Source of the DNA: Trichoplax sp. H2
Lineage: Eukaryota
DNA length: 64,000 bases
Assembly (NCBI GenBank): GCA_003344405.1
Contig: NOWV01000149.1
Span: 62,001-126,000 of the forward strand
Direction: 5' to 3'
The notes below the pieces were generated by a model. It ran no database searches, was not told the origin of the DNA, and was given only the letters and a program-made list of their open reading frames with translations. Made by a program: the position numbers and the translations under genes. Of this stretch, positions 38,001-52,118 are shown in pieces. Every line of letters starts with the position of its first letter. Positions within the stretch are counted from its first letter, which is position 1.

Positions 38001-40301
38001 TTTCGTTAACCTAAGATCTAATATATAATTTTGTTTTTATGGGGGTTCAATAACCTCACGATTTTGATTGAATCCTGTAAGTATGAGTCACAGTGTTAAT
38101 CTCATAAGGTTACTTAGACTCATTTGATGCAGTTCTAATTCGCTATGAATGTTATTCGTAGATTTATCATGGGTTTTGCACTTCAATGTCACTAACTTAG
38201 TTATCATACAACTACGAAACAGCTAAAAATTGTTTTCGATACTGATATATTTGATTAAATTTTCGTAGTGGTAGGTACATAGTCGATCATTAAAATGATA
38301 TCAGAATACAGTAAAAGCCTTATTTATGGGTTTACCATTTATCTTTTTGTGACGGAGCTCGCTCCGAAATGAATAATATTTTGATCTAATATGTGTAACA
38401 ATGTTATTATGGAGGTTGCCGATCTCGACAACAAAATAGTTGTAAATTGAGTTTTGTTATTAATTATCGTAGTAATATACAGCCTGGATATGGTGTTAGC
38501 AATTAAAATGTCAAGCTGTGAAGATTATTATGTTAGTTAATAAGGTGCTAATTAATAATATTAATTTATGGCAAGTAATAAGTAACGCTCGATCTAGTCG
38601 AATCTATAGTAAGCCTGTACTGCACACTTTATAATTTAATGTGAAAGATTAGCACCGATCTTATTTTTGTGACATATGAAACTGTATATAAGCCTGATTA
38701 TTACTTTTTAATCTCAGTTCCACTGAGGCTAGCGTAGGGTACACTGGTACAAACGTAAGCAAGCTAGTAATAAAGATATTGATTAACCTAAATCTATCGT
38801 TTTGACTTGATTACTATAGAATAGCAATAAGTTAGTTTTCTCTTACTGAGGATCTCCGGAGTTAGTCGGAGAACCATAAGAGTAGATCGACTAGTTTAGA
38901 TACGTTCACAGAAGCTGTTTTGTGACACCTTTTAGCTTTTGATAGATTTACACTAGCCACCAGATATCTCATAACAAGGATGAAATTACATTGTCGATCA
39001 TTATTATGATGGGAAAAATCGCTTAAAATTTAAGAGCTTTTTGAATTCGCCTAAGGCCTTTTCCTTAAGAATGTTTCACCTCATTAACCAAAGATATTGC
39101 ATGTTTAAATAATATTGTAAATATTTTATAGGAAAATGATTTTTTATTGTCCTGCAGTAGTCTGTCTCTTGGCTTTAATATTTTTAACGTATTATGAAAC
39201 GATTTCTGATTGGGCTAGTCGTATCGAAATCTTTTACGAGCTATATTTGCAGAAATTAAAAAGTTAAAATGCATTTTTGATGAATTACGAAATATTCATA
39301 AAAATATAAGTACAATAGATAAAATTCTGTTGATTGAAGTAATAGCTTCTTTAAAAGTTCTGCTATTTATTCACATTGCTTAATCGTTAATAGCAATGAT
39401 AGTTTCAAACAATTAAAGGATGATTTGAAAGTAAACGTAAATATTTTGACTGTTTTTAAAGCCGACATGCGTGCCTGCGGTTGCCAACAAAAATTCTAGT
39501 TATCTAAACAGTTAAATCCGTTATGTCCGACAGTAATCGTTGCAGTAAAGGAGCAAAGGAGAAAATCACTATTCTTTTTATCATGAATAAAGTTAGTTGC
39601 AATTCTAACTTTCGCCTGCAAGCTATTTATTAAACTTGCAAGTTAATGTATTACAAGTCAGGGTACAAGTTTTACGACGGATTCGCGGTAAAATTATCCT
39701 TAACTAATGTGCCTGATCCTAAATCAAATTCTGATAAAATAATTGTCTTAGTCAAGACACAATTAGGATAAAGTGCTTTTATTACAGGCAATAAGAATAG
39801 TAGAGTAAAATTAGTTATAAACCAAAATCTAATCTAAAGTATCTTGAGCTTATAAAAGTGAAGCAAATTCAGGCTCCTATCTGCAGTTCTTAAATACTTT
39901 TGGTATAATTTATTTAGGGCAACAAATTTGCCCGCAGTCTGAATTTCATTTTTTAAGGGGACAACTTTTTCTAAAATTTAGCAATATATTCTTGCCGTAT
40001 GAATCATGCAGCTTACAATATTCTTTCATATTTATTACTGTCTAACATTGTAAGATGTTAAACATTTTGCACAATTGCATTACCTCAAGTCATAAATCTT
40101 CTACTATGCTTTCCTGCTTGACTAATATTAGTAGTTAACAGCGTCTAATACTGTAATTAGCAATCATCTTATATTAGCATAGCAATAAAATCTATTATTA
40201 GAAACTTAAAGATTTCAAATATAGCTATCAATGTAATCAAATATCTGATGCATCTATACAGCAGTCTTTACTATATTACATACTAATTTATTGATACTTT
40301 T

Positions 40302-40393
40302 TAGGCACCTAGCTATTTAAAATATCAGAAAAGTAAAGTAAATAATAGGCACCTAGTTATTTAAAATATCAGAAAAGTAAAGTAAATAATAGG
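40302..40393. repeat. Near-perfect 44 bp tandem duplication
   Basis: TAGGCACCTAG(C/T)TATTTAAAATATCAGAAAAGTAAAGTAAATAA at 40302 and 40346. Confidence 0.9.
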
Positions 40394-43300
40394 TGTATGA
40401 GAGTACTTTTCCTTTACAGTGGGCAACTTTTATAATTTAAACATATTAATCAATTTTCGAAGTATTCGCATTCATTAATATCCAACTATTTAGCTTGGAT
40501 GAAATATGGAAGCTAAAGTAAGACAATAAACTTGACGAGAGCGAATTCCGAGCTTGTTGATGAAATAGATAGAACCTAGAATTACGCAAAAACCGTTGCT
40601 GTGAAATTGGGTTATGCTATATGCAATTTTTAGCAAAATGCTCCCGATTCATAGCAGTGTGAGAGGGCAAAAAATATTGAAAATCTAGAAATTCCTATTT
40701 CTCGAATGTCTGAGCCTGTAAGATATTCCAGGTAAAGTTGTAGTACTTAATACAATACGCTTAAGCGTAAATTAGACTAAAATAGATACTATACATCCAG
40801 ATCGTGCTCATAATTTCATCAAATGTACAACGTGTGTAGGATCCATGTGGTCTAATATGTTGATTACAGCTATTTATTTATCATTAATTTTGTCCGCATA
40901 AAGTTCAAAGAAAAGTGCGTTTAATTAATAACTACGCATAATACCTTGACTTCTATGCATAAATGTAATCACCTCCGTATTATTCAAAAGTCGTCATTCC
41001 GCTTCAGATTGATAAGCTCAGAAGTGGTGACTGATTCTCTTCCTTAAAATTAATCTTCAATTTAATAATTTAGAATTTTAAAATATTAAGTGGTGTCACA
41101 AACCAGCTTCGCGACAAGGATTACGTAAAACAAATCTCTAAATTACTATAGTCTCCGGGATTCAGTATCCATTAACTACTTCACAAGAATTTAGACGCCT
41201 TTGATTCTATGCTAAGCTCAACTAGACAATTGAGAACTGCTTTATTCCAACTATCTGACGGGCTTATACACCCTTCTACAGCAGCTAACATTCATGAGTC
41301 ATCTTATAAAAATACTTAGGTGAGAACATCTACTAATTTTTCACAGTCGGACTACAATATGTCCATTCACAGAATCGTTTCAGTGCACATTACAGCACAG
41401 CATTAAATTTACTGTAACACATTTATAATTAGAGTAATTCCTATTGTAAGTAGCTAGTTGTAACATATTATCACTATATTATATTAACCAAATTTAGATA
41501 GCTATTTCTTCACCGTAGTTCGTACCGTGACAAGTCGGTATTCTTATATTTCTCTTTAGGAGTTCTATAGAAAGGCTGTAAAAATATTAAGAATTCCTAT
41601 TTATCCAATTAAAATTTGATGTCATCCGTATTTCTATTTATAAGTAAATGATAATGTTTTGAAAGCATCTAACTTCTACAATCGAATTTAAAAGTGCATA
41701 GAAACTATTCTGTGATGCATTTATTTGAACCTTTGCTCCTATTATCAATCTTATAAGACTTGTTTTGTAATGAAACAATTTTTTAAAGTTAATACTTTTA
41801 TTGATTGACGTTAGCTTCTAATTAGATTAGATTTATCACTGTGTAGTGTTTTTAAATATTTGACTAAAAAAGATTAATGATAAAGCTTAACTTTCATGCT
41901 TAAATAGTTTAGTTATGGAAAATCGTTTTTTTTAAGAAAATATATAAATAATTGTGTAAGTATAGTCTTAAAGAATACTGAAATTGTAATCAATACTCGA
42001 TCTTACGCGTTACCCAATAGCTTTTATAAACGCAAGCTAAGAAGAATTTTTTACTTGTTATTATTTTCATTTTAGACTGCAGAAATTACTATGCTTAAAT
42101 ACGATATCCTAAGTAAAGATCTATTAATAGGCATTTTGATTATATCAAATTATTATCCAGAAACTGTTACTGAAAACGCTGGATCAGAACACACTGCAAA
42201 AATTTAAAGCTTATCCATTGACAAATTTTGTAACATACGAGTAGTTGCACATGCTTTCGGCTGTTGCTTTTCTACAAATTTTAGTTAATTACTCATATTT
42301 GATATGGTTATTGCTAAAAGGAATCTTCTGTTAATGCCTGGAAGAAAATTACTTTTATTGTGCAGTATTTCTAATACTGTAACTGCATTCTTCTCTAGAA
42401 CAGGAGAAAAGTCTGAATGATGTAATAAATTTATTTAGTGTCACTTACGGGTAATTATTGCCGTATTTTTCACTTAATAATTAATATTTTGTTTAGTAAC
42501 AATGATAAATAGTTACTTAGCAGATTGGGTGATGGAATATACCGATGATGGAATTCTGAAGACTTTTCTTTCATAGCTAATTCACTTTGCACGTAATCGA
42601 AAAATTTTCATTATTCGATTATGCTTTAGTTCCTGGATAAGGAAAAACAAAGTACTGCATTAATAAATAAAGTTTTTACTGTAATAAAGTTGTTAGTAGT
42701 TATTTACAATTACTTTTCGATCTTTAAACACCTAGCAATTTTAGATTCCTTGTAAATGAAGGCGAAATCTTCGGAAATAAATTAAGAGATTTCATATAGA
42801 TTGTTCCTGCAATTTTAACTCTGTCGTTTATGAAAGCTTGGCTTAGATGATTTACTTTAGAGATAGTTTAATGATAATATGCGTCTAGGAAAATTAATTA
42901 CCAGTAATTCATATTATACTAATTAAAAGTCCTATAAGGTAATACATGCAACGAAAAGTTAGAACAATGTTTAGATTTTCGCGTTAAACACCTTGCTTGA
43001 TTGTTATGAACGAATAGATTTTTAATTCAATTCCAGATTGTATGATCATTTTTCTGTACACATATTACTTTTTCAATTTTTTGTCGGAGTTCGTGTAAAG
43101 ATTTGCTTCAAGTTTAGTGAATTAATATTCATATTGGTTTCTTTACACAAATGTACATTCCTAATAGTAAGCAAGAACATGCTTATATGAGTTTATAGAC
43201 GTCATTACGTTTGATTTATGTTTACTTATCAGCTTGCTTAGACTTTTTAGGCGTTCATTTACGAAATTTTAAATGTTACCATCTAAGTTCATAATTGGAA

Positions 43301-46300
43301 ATTAGAAAATGTAAGAATTTCCCATTCTGAAATCTAGGTATATCTATCTATAAGCTGGAAAATATTTCGTAATTGCTTAAAGTTCGTAGGGTATGACGAT
43401 TGAATAAAATTTTTAATGCAATTTTGAATTGAAATTCATGCTAAATTGAAAGCACTTTACATTGAGCTTTGTCTATTATAGGAATGATGCGATTATTTGA
43501 TTCTTATATTATAATTAATTCCGCTATAATGATTACGAAAACAACCCTTAGTTTTGTATTGGCATACGAGTTAAATACTATTTCCCCTTTCCAAGCTTAA
43601 TAACTAGCGGTCAATTGCGTGTTCTCAAATCTGTTAGAGTATTTACTTTATTGCGCTGAATAGCCCTAAGAATTAATAATCCAGAATTTTAATATTTAAT
43701 AGTAAACTTTATGTCCACCAGCTCAACATTTATAGTGTGTTGAACTCTAGTCATTGTTAAGTTAAGAGAATTTGACGCAATTATAGTATAAGTGACGATT
43801 TAAGATATTAAAGAGAACACTGATGCTATTATTTTATCGTAGAATGAAAATCCATACAATTAGGATTACGTTCATTATTTGCTAATATGGATTAATAATT
43901 AAGACAACAAGACACCACTTGATGCCATGTTGATTTTAAGAACAGCCTGCTTAAATTTCATCTTCTCAATCAAACCAGTTAGGAATAGATTCGTCATTTT
44001 AACTAGCGATCTTATACGTTTATTAGAAAATAATAACTTCATAAATATTATGACCATAAATAACAAATGTACATGCGATTATATTTCGGTACTATTATCC
44101 TTGGCATTTTAAATTGTGCCGTAAATCATCCACAAAATACTTCATTATAGACTTTGATTAGGAAGACACTTTCCCAAAACCGAAATTTAATATGTCTTAC
44201 CTGAAATTTGTTACGCTACAAAATATATAACAATTCCTGGTAAATCGTTCAATTTATTATAATTGAAGCTATTTCGAGCATTATTTTTCTATGACAGTAG
44301 CTTTCATATTTTTAAACACTATAATTTGACATTACTACTTGAAGATTTAAGACTATATCTCTACCGATCAAAATATTTTAATTTCAAGTTAATACAATGC
44401 GAAATAAATTTTGCATCTGTTGTAAATGTTTGTCAGTAAACCAACGCTCATTTTATTAGAAATTTGGATACTTCAAAACACATAATTTACTAATGTTGTT
44501 AGTAAGAGCAACCGTTAATTTTTCAATAATTCCTTCGAGAATTGGACATTTGTAATTAATTGTTTCATTCAACACTATAATAAATGATGGTGTTTACCTC
44601 ATAATGACATCCTGGTAAGGATTTCATTAATAATGTATTTAATTAAAGATTTAAATGAGATATTTTCACAACTGATATTCATTTTTATCGCATACTGATA
44701 CAAAAATTATATCTGAATATAGCATCAGTTAATCATCCGTGTCTTTGGCAAAGAAATGAATTTTTAAATTATGAATATTGGTAACATTTGATTGTTTAAT
44801 TTTTAATTAATATTATAGAACTATTTTGACGACGGAACAAATGTATCAATAATTAAATGATACGTCTAAGTATAGATCGTCTATGTCATCAGCTCAATAA
44901 CCAATTAATGGAGATGAATAACACCTGCCATTATCCAATATTTAATAACTTAAGTATTCATTACTCAAAATATTATTTTATGGCAGAAAATAATTGGATT
45001 AAAATGTAATAGACGTAATGCCTTCAATATACGACTCAATTTAATTCAAAGCATCATGGCTATACGAAGACAAAGAAAACTCGACCCAATTTCAGATTAT
45101 GCTATGCAAAGTTAACTTATTTATCAATGCAGCTACTCAATAATTATGTGAATGGAATGCTTTACACAGCTTTTGGTACATATGTAAGTCGACTGTTAAT
45201 TTATTACTAGTTTAACTGTAATCATTAAAAATACTAAGAAAAATAAATTTTAAATTACTTAAATTTGATTATTAACTACTGTAAAATTTATTTTTCGTAT
45301 ACGCAAATGTATGAAGCAATTTAGACAAGTAAGTTATAGCAACATAAATTAATTTTATTACATAGTTTAGCTTTCAGTATCAATTTTTATAAGTTTGGCA
45401 AACTTGTAAGAAAGCTATTTTACTGTATTAAAATATGATATGTACGTATAAAAAGCTAATTCGGTCTATCATGGCAACATTTAGATTATAAGTACATATT
45501 TTTAGTGGGTCTATTTATTTCAAGGTTTCGTTATATTCATGATGCTAAATGGAGATCATGAAACAGGCAATAGATAATTTGAGAGTGAATCTAATGATAT
45601 CGTAATTTAAAAGTTCGAAATTAAACATTTTAACGTCATTCATGTAAAATTATCAGCTCTCCTGGAAATTACATGTAACATACGTATATTATATATTGAA
45701 ATAGATCGCTTTAAACATATAAGTAAATTTCTGATCATTAGCGTGTGCCTATTATGACACCATATTGCTCGTTTGGAATAATTTAATTGCAAATGTCAAC
45801 ATTATAGACTATTGCTGAAAAAATTAAAATTTAGATTACTAATATGAGCGCCTTAAATTTTTATTTTCTAAATGTATTATCCTTTTATTTCAAACGAGAG
45901 AAAACTTAATAGCTGATAAAAGATTCAGTCGCTCAATGTTTCATCTTTTGAGCTCAAATAGTTTAATTTATTCACTCTTGTACTTTATAATATGCGAAAC
46001 TCGCTTCAGCAGCATGCTAAATTACTACCGCGAATGATCTTGCTTTGCAATTGATGACTATGTGGGTTTATTATATTAAAATATAATGTTTCTGAAAAAG
46101 AAAATTTATTTCTCTTATTAAATCAAAACCTGAAAGCTAGGTCACAAAAAAAATCTTAGTATCTTATCGGTTACTCATTAAACTATACCGATTTAGTTTG
46201 ACATTTAATACTTCTGCGGCTTTTAATAACATTTTATTATCGTTTTCTATTTTTTCTATTTTACTTATTGTACATCTTTATTTACAATATCTGAATTTGT

Positions 46301-47063
46301 TCTTTATGTTATTTAAAAGTTTCTCTTGCATTTAAAATCTGTCGTGGGAGGTATGCTTTATGTACGTCTAATATCATACCTTTTGTTCATTCAAACTAGA
46401 AAATACCTCTGTCGTCATATGTAAAAGAAGGAATTTACCTTTAACTTGCACTATCAATCCATTGGCATTAATGTAAACTAGCGAAAGAGAACTAAATCCG
46501 GAATTATCGTCGCTATTTCACCACAGTATTTTCTTCGAATGAAAACATTTCATACATTTTCTATGAATCTGTTGGAAATATAGCCAACTTTTTCATGTAA
46601 AACTGTTAATTGCATATACAGTCGACATTTAATTAACAAGAACAAATTTAACCTGTTTTTTCTTTTCGATTTGGGAATCATCTTAATTTAGCTCCCTTTG
46701 TAGAAGAATTTTCAAGGTAGTAATCTTACAGGAACAGACTTGGCACTAGTAATTTTTGCAGTGTAACTCAGATTTATTGAGGCTTACGAAATGAATACTT
46801 AAATTTTCAAAACGCACAGAGAAGTTTTTAAATTTATCATTTGATAGAAATTTTGGTAGTTTACGAAATATCTTATTTCTAGGCGCATACAACTATTTTG
46901 GAATACTTTTCATCTAGCTATACCACTAAAACATTGTCAAACCTGCTGCTCCATGCAGTCATATTTCGTCATCGTTTATTACTAGCTGATATATCTCAAA
47001 GTTTTTCCTTGCTCAAATTTATTATAATTATCAATCGATTCATTATACTCACTTACTAAAATA

Positions 47064-48344
47064 ATGCGGGCCAAGGAAAGCAGTCGATTTTTATTGATTA
47101 TCTATATTCATATATTATTCTTCTCAATTAAGTCTATGGCGATAGAATTTGGAGATATAAGAGTTGAAGCAAAAGGTTTTCCCCCACTTAGTGGCAACCA
47201 TGTGGCTGGAAATCAAGTGTCGAATATAAATAGTCGCTATGGTCAAGAAATAGACTTTAAGACGGTTTATATCTTTACAGTATTCATCACCGGAATTATC
47301 TGCAATGCCATCGTTATTGCTACTATTGCTTATAATCGCCAACTTCATTCTGTAACTAATTATTTTATTGTCAGTCAATGTTGCGCTGATTTCTTATTTG
47401 CGGCTTTAGTTTTACCTGCATACTGTCTGCAAGGTTTATTAGGCTATTGGCCATTTATGCCAGAGTGGTGCGCTATCCATACTTGCTTATCAATTAGTTT
47501 AGTAATGACATCATTACTCAATTTATTTGCAATAAGTCTTGATCGATATTTGGCCATATGTCGGCCTTATCAATATCACACTTGGATGACTACACGTTTC
47601 GTGATTGGAATGCTACTATATATTTGGTTTCAGCCGCTTCTGCTAGCCTTGATTCCAGTATTTGGTTGGAGAGGTGTTCAATCAACTATTGGCAGTCATT
47701 GCGTTGTCGATTTATTTCTATACATAAAACAAGAGAGAATTTATTTGTTAATTATTACATTAATTAACTTTTATATCCCAGCAACAATAATGTTTACTTT
47801 ATATATCCTGATATTTAAAGTTGCTATCCGCCATATTCATAATATTGAACAACAAAGGAATGTTCAAAGAAAGCAACATTATTTTGGATCTATTCAAGAT
47901 CAACTTAATCATCGTTATTTGCGCTTAGCTAAAAACGATTTTCGATTAATACTTGTCTTTGTAATTGTGAATGGCGCATTTTATTTATGTTGGACGCCAT
48001 TTATGACATTTGGCTTAATAAGCTTATTCCATTTAGGACCTGTAACTGATAACTTAGGAATTGCTTGTAGTCTAATGGCGTTTACAAATTGTACACTCAA
48101 TCCGATCATACATAATTTTTTTAATCGAGAAATTCGAAGCGGATTTTTCAGGATGGTTTGCTTCCATACAAGACGCAAGCTTATCAATAGGAGCAACACG
48201 CATATATCTGGCACTCAATGTTCGTCTACTCATGGGAGTACATTTGTTATACGTCACGATCTTATTTCTGCTAAGGATAAAGCGATTATCGAGCAACTGG
48301 TTAACGTGAGCAGGATGAAAGCAAAGAAAGTGACTTATATTTGA
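47064..48344 (+). CDS. Rhodopsin-class (class A) GPCR, paralog of the receptor at 29485, single coding exon (true start may be ATG 47136)
   Basis: 7TM, VTNYFIVSQCCADFL, GYWPFMPEWC, ISLDRY, CWTPF and NPIIH. An acceptor-like TTCTTCTCAATTAAG just before ATG 47136 suggests the first 24 codons may be intronic. Confidence 0.92.
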   Translation: MRAKESSRFLLIIYIHILFFSIKSMAIEFGDIRVEAKGFPPLSGNHVAGNQVSNINSRYGQEIDFKTVYIFTVFITGIICNAIVIATIAYNRQLHSVTNYFIVSQCCADFLFAALVLPAYCLQGLLGYWPFMPEWCAIHTCLSISLVMTSLLNLFAISLDRYLAICRPYQYHTWMTTRFVIGMLLYIWFQPLLLALIPVFGWRGVQSTIGSHCVVDLFLYIKQERIYLLIITLINFYIPATIMFTLYILIFKVAIRHIHNIEQQRNVQRKQHYFGSIQDQLNHRYLRLAKNDFRLILVFVIVNGAFYLCWTPFMTFGLISLFHLGPVTDNLGIACSLMAFTNCTLNPIIHNFFNREIRSGFFRMVCFHTRRKLINRSNTHISGTQCSSTHGSTFVIRHDLISAKDKAIIEQLVNVSRMKAKKVTYI

Positions 48345-50469
48345 GATTATGCAGTTTCAGTAATATATGGTTGCATAACATTTTCTAATGCAAAAGATTC
48401 ATTTATTGCCATCTCTCCATATAAAAGATTTCCAAGCTTAAGTTTCAAATCCACCGTAAAATTGCTAAATATTACCAGAGCCATACTCATATAAGTAATT
48501 TTGCAAGAAGTATGAGATTAAAAAGAAATAATATTCTCTTTCATTATAAAATAACTTTAGGAATAGAAATACTGACATAATAATTTTTGAGAGGTGAATA
48601 TTTTAAATTCCTTTACTAAATCATAGAAAAATATTTCTATCATCAAGTTTTGTAGTTTAGTCGTATATCTGGAACATATAAAGGTATATTTGTATAGTAC
48701 CTATTTAATTGAGGTTGATAAACTCTCTTCATATATCATAATTATTGACTATCTTAAATATTTTAATGAAGGTAATTCTGACGCTAGATATTAGGATTTT
48801 TAAGTATATGCCATGCCAAATTTTTCCCTCGTAACCTGGAATAGGCATTTGGTAAAATGCCAATTTTCCTTTTTTAAATCTCATCTTTAAGAAGTTGTTG
48901 ACATGATGTTATGTGTCACTAGTAAGCGAAGTAACTATTTGGGGTAATTTAATTAAAATCAAAAATTAATAACCTCCAAGCATAGAAAGTTCAGATGAAT
49001 AAAACAAACAAACCATTTTAGTGATATGTAAACTAAAAGATACTACGGTGTACTTTGTAGTATTAGCTTAGAAGATATCAATTATTGATACAATTGTAGT
49101 AGGATTTTGAAGAAAAAATGAAGCTGTAACCAAATGATATTGTATAGGAAGGCATTGATATTATAATTTAAATTTATGATTAAATAAAGGATATCATAAC
49201 AAGAAAATACTGATTCTACATTGAGTAGATTAAAAGTTTGATTAAAAGTTCAGTGTGTCTTATGTGCTATCTACTGTATTTTAGAAGATAAAATTTGCAG
49301 TATATGCTTGTACAGTAAATGACTAGGGTTACACACGCTTAACAATCCCGCTCAAGGCTGCTTTTCTTACAGGATAGTTTATGCTGTTGGCATAACGATA
49401 TCGATGTTAATTATTCACTTAATGCCAGTTATAGTTGTTATAGTTAAGTATATCGTGATGGGAAGGAGCTGGGATTAGCTCACGAAGTACTCCGACTATC
49501 GAAACGTTGGTATATTCGACTTATTGACTCACAATAACTTGGAAATCTTCGGTTAAGTAGTACTCCCTTTCTCGATTAGCTACACTGCCAGTAACTGCAA
49601 GCTAAGAATAATGTAATGCACGTGTATCCTAAGGTATTGCCTGGTGATGCAGGGCTTCTAATCTCTCAGGAGAAATTCAAGTTACTAATTGTACATTTCG
49701 ACAACCAATTTTGAAGAAACAACTGACTCCCGAATACTTGAATACTATACTATTTAAATACAAGTTTTCGTTATGATATGTGTGATCAGACAAGACTGAT
49801 CGGTCCTTTACGCCTAATTTACATTCTAAACCGCAAGCGAGTACAAAACTAAGATTAAAACAATAGCCCTTTTTTTGATCACTAAGCTTGTGAAACTTCA
49901 GATTTTATAAACGGTTTAAGTTGCGTACACTATTGCTGCATTTTTTGGTTACTATTATTAAATTATTCAAGTTCTATTCCGTCACAAATCGTAATTTGTA
50001 ATTAACAATATGGCTTATAGAGTAAAAATTGACGCTACAAAAATACTGTCAATATCTTCAAGAGTATTTACAAAAAAATCTTATGAATAGTACTAGTACA
50101 TTATTATAGCAACTACATCAAACGGCCGAAATGAGAGAAACACAGTAAAAGCACTATTCTTAACTTCTTAATACGATCCGCTTAAATATATGGAATACCA
50201 ATTTGTTATCGAACCAGAATATTGGATAACCTCTGTTATTCCGTTAATACTCTCTGCAGGATGTGTCAAGAGTTCATTAATTAAGCATCCTATACGAGGA
50301 GGCATCTGACAGGAAAGAGAAATATTGCAAGGATGCATTTCTAGTTTCCTCTTCATAATCCCAACAGTAGTTTTCGATCGTTGCTAAGTTATTCCATATA
50401 GCAAAATTATCCAAGTACTATGGTCGAGCGTTCACTAATTCAGTATGAAATCTGTTTTCTACTGAAGTA

Positions 50470-51140
50470 TGCGGACGGTCGATTTTGAGTTGAATCATTT
50501 TTTCTAAATTTAGTACTATTACTTTAAAATTGAATTTTATTATCTATGACTAAGTTTTGCTTAGAAAAATTTCTATAACATCATCAATATTAGTACCAGT
50601 AATTTAGGAAACAGACGCAGAAGATCATTATCGAGTAGCCATTGTTCGAAATTTATGGCCTCATTTGGTGAGAAAAGTCCGCACTGTCAGCCGATTGATC
50701 GATCTTGGATGGACAGACGTTTTCAGCCTCATCTCGTTAAATATCTGTACCAAACAGTCGGTTATAAATATAATACTGTATATAGGTCTAGCTGGACTTT
50801 ACCGGTAACAGCCAGCCATTACTGGTAGTGGCCGGATTACCGGCTACGGCCGTAACATATTTGACTCACATTATACGGACGGTCGATTTTAAATGGACTG
50901 ATTTTTTCTCAATTAAGTAATATTACGTTGAATTTTATTATCTTTTACCAAGTTCCGCTTAGAAATAGTTATGTATAAGATTGTGGACGTTATTTAATTT
51001 ACTACCAGTGATTTGGAAAAGATACTAAGAAGGAAGTAGGCATTGTACGATATTTGCAGCCTCATTTGTTGCTGAAAGTCCGTCTGTCTAGACACTCTTG
51101 GACGGACGGATATTTGGAACAAGATCTGGTTAAAATATTG
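50470..51140. repeat. Two diverged direct copies of a ~270 bp element (50470-50744 and 50873-51139) separated by a GC-rich hairpin
   Basis: Both copies share CGGACGGTCGATTTT, TTGAATTTTATTATCT, GCTTAGAAA, TACCAGT.ATTT.G.AAA, GCCTCATTTG.TG...AAAGTCCG and TCTTGGA.GGAC.GA. Confidence 0.8.
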
Positions 51141-52118
51141 CGCTAGAAGCAAAGTTTGTTACTGTTACATTACGATCGGGACGCGAAATGATGACACCCC
51201 TCGTCCTGTCTTTCTGTCCTTCCATTTGGTAATGTTGGCTATACACTGCGGTACTGTATATGATGCAAATATCTGTCGGCAGAGTACAAACCAGCAAGAC
51301 TGGATGACGAGGAGTGACATCTTTTCGGGTCCAGATCGTAGGTTACCGAATAACGCTTCTAGCGAATTGACAGTTTTTAAACACAATTGTACTACTGTAG
51401 ATGGATTTATTACATGTAATGCCGTAGGTTAGAGTCAGGATGGTACCGTATAAATAGCCTAAACACAGTAGAAAGAACGCGTCTATTTTTTTTTAGCGTT
51501 GCCTTGAGGGTATATCTGACTATGTCTGACTATGACATCACGGCAATTCGTACAGTACGCATGAACGCTTCAACCAGTTCCTACAGCGCATTCATGAGGT
51601 AGAAAAATAGCCAATGGTATACAAGCTCGTTGTTTATATTGGTCATCCGGATCGGTGACAGATGTACAGACGTACCGATCTCCATCAGCACCAACGACGG
51701 TAATGTAGTAACAAGATAAAACATACAGCACGTTACAACCAATCACAGGGGCTTGTAAATCGAGCTTTGAGAGTGGTCGCTGCACCAGAAGCCACTAGCA
51801 ACTTTGCTTGGCAGCTTTTTACACTTTGTTGTTGTCCTGTTTATGGCTGGAATAGATCAATTTTAAATTGGATAAATTCATCATTACGATTCATTTGCAA
51901 CATTGAAACTTACTGTGAAGACTTTCATTCAGTTGAATCCACTTTTGTGTATCATTATAGGCTATCTAGTAGCAGGTTAAAGAATCCCCTTAACTGTAAT
52001 TACAAAGTAATTACAGTTGGAAAGAGCTGCAGATATCAGGTAGCGTGTCTTTGCAACACCGTGACAAGTTGACTAGGCTGCTTCTCGTTTTTCACTCTTG
52101 AAGAAATTATTGCTTACA

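Noticed and set aside
33082-44112. Scattered 60-85 aa ORFs in the inter-GPCR interval
   Set aside because: Their I/N/K/L/F-biased composition is expected by chance in AT-rich DNA, with no motifs or splice support.
49320-49700. Slightly GC-richer segment with a TAACCCTA telomerase-template-like 8-mer and vague RNase P/MRP-like words
   Set aside because: The matches are short, and I could not build the required pseudoknot or P4 helix. An Infernal search would be needed.
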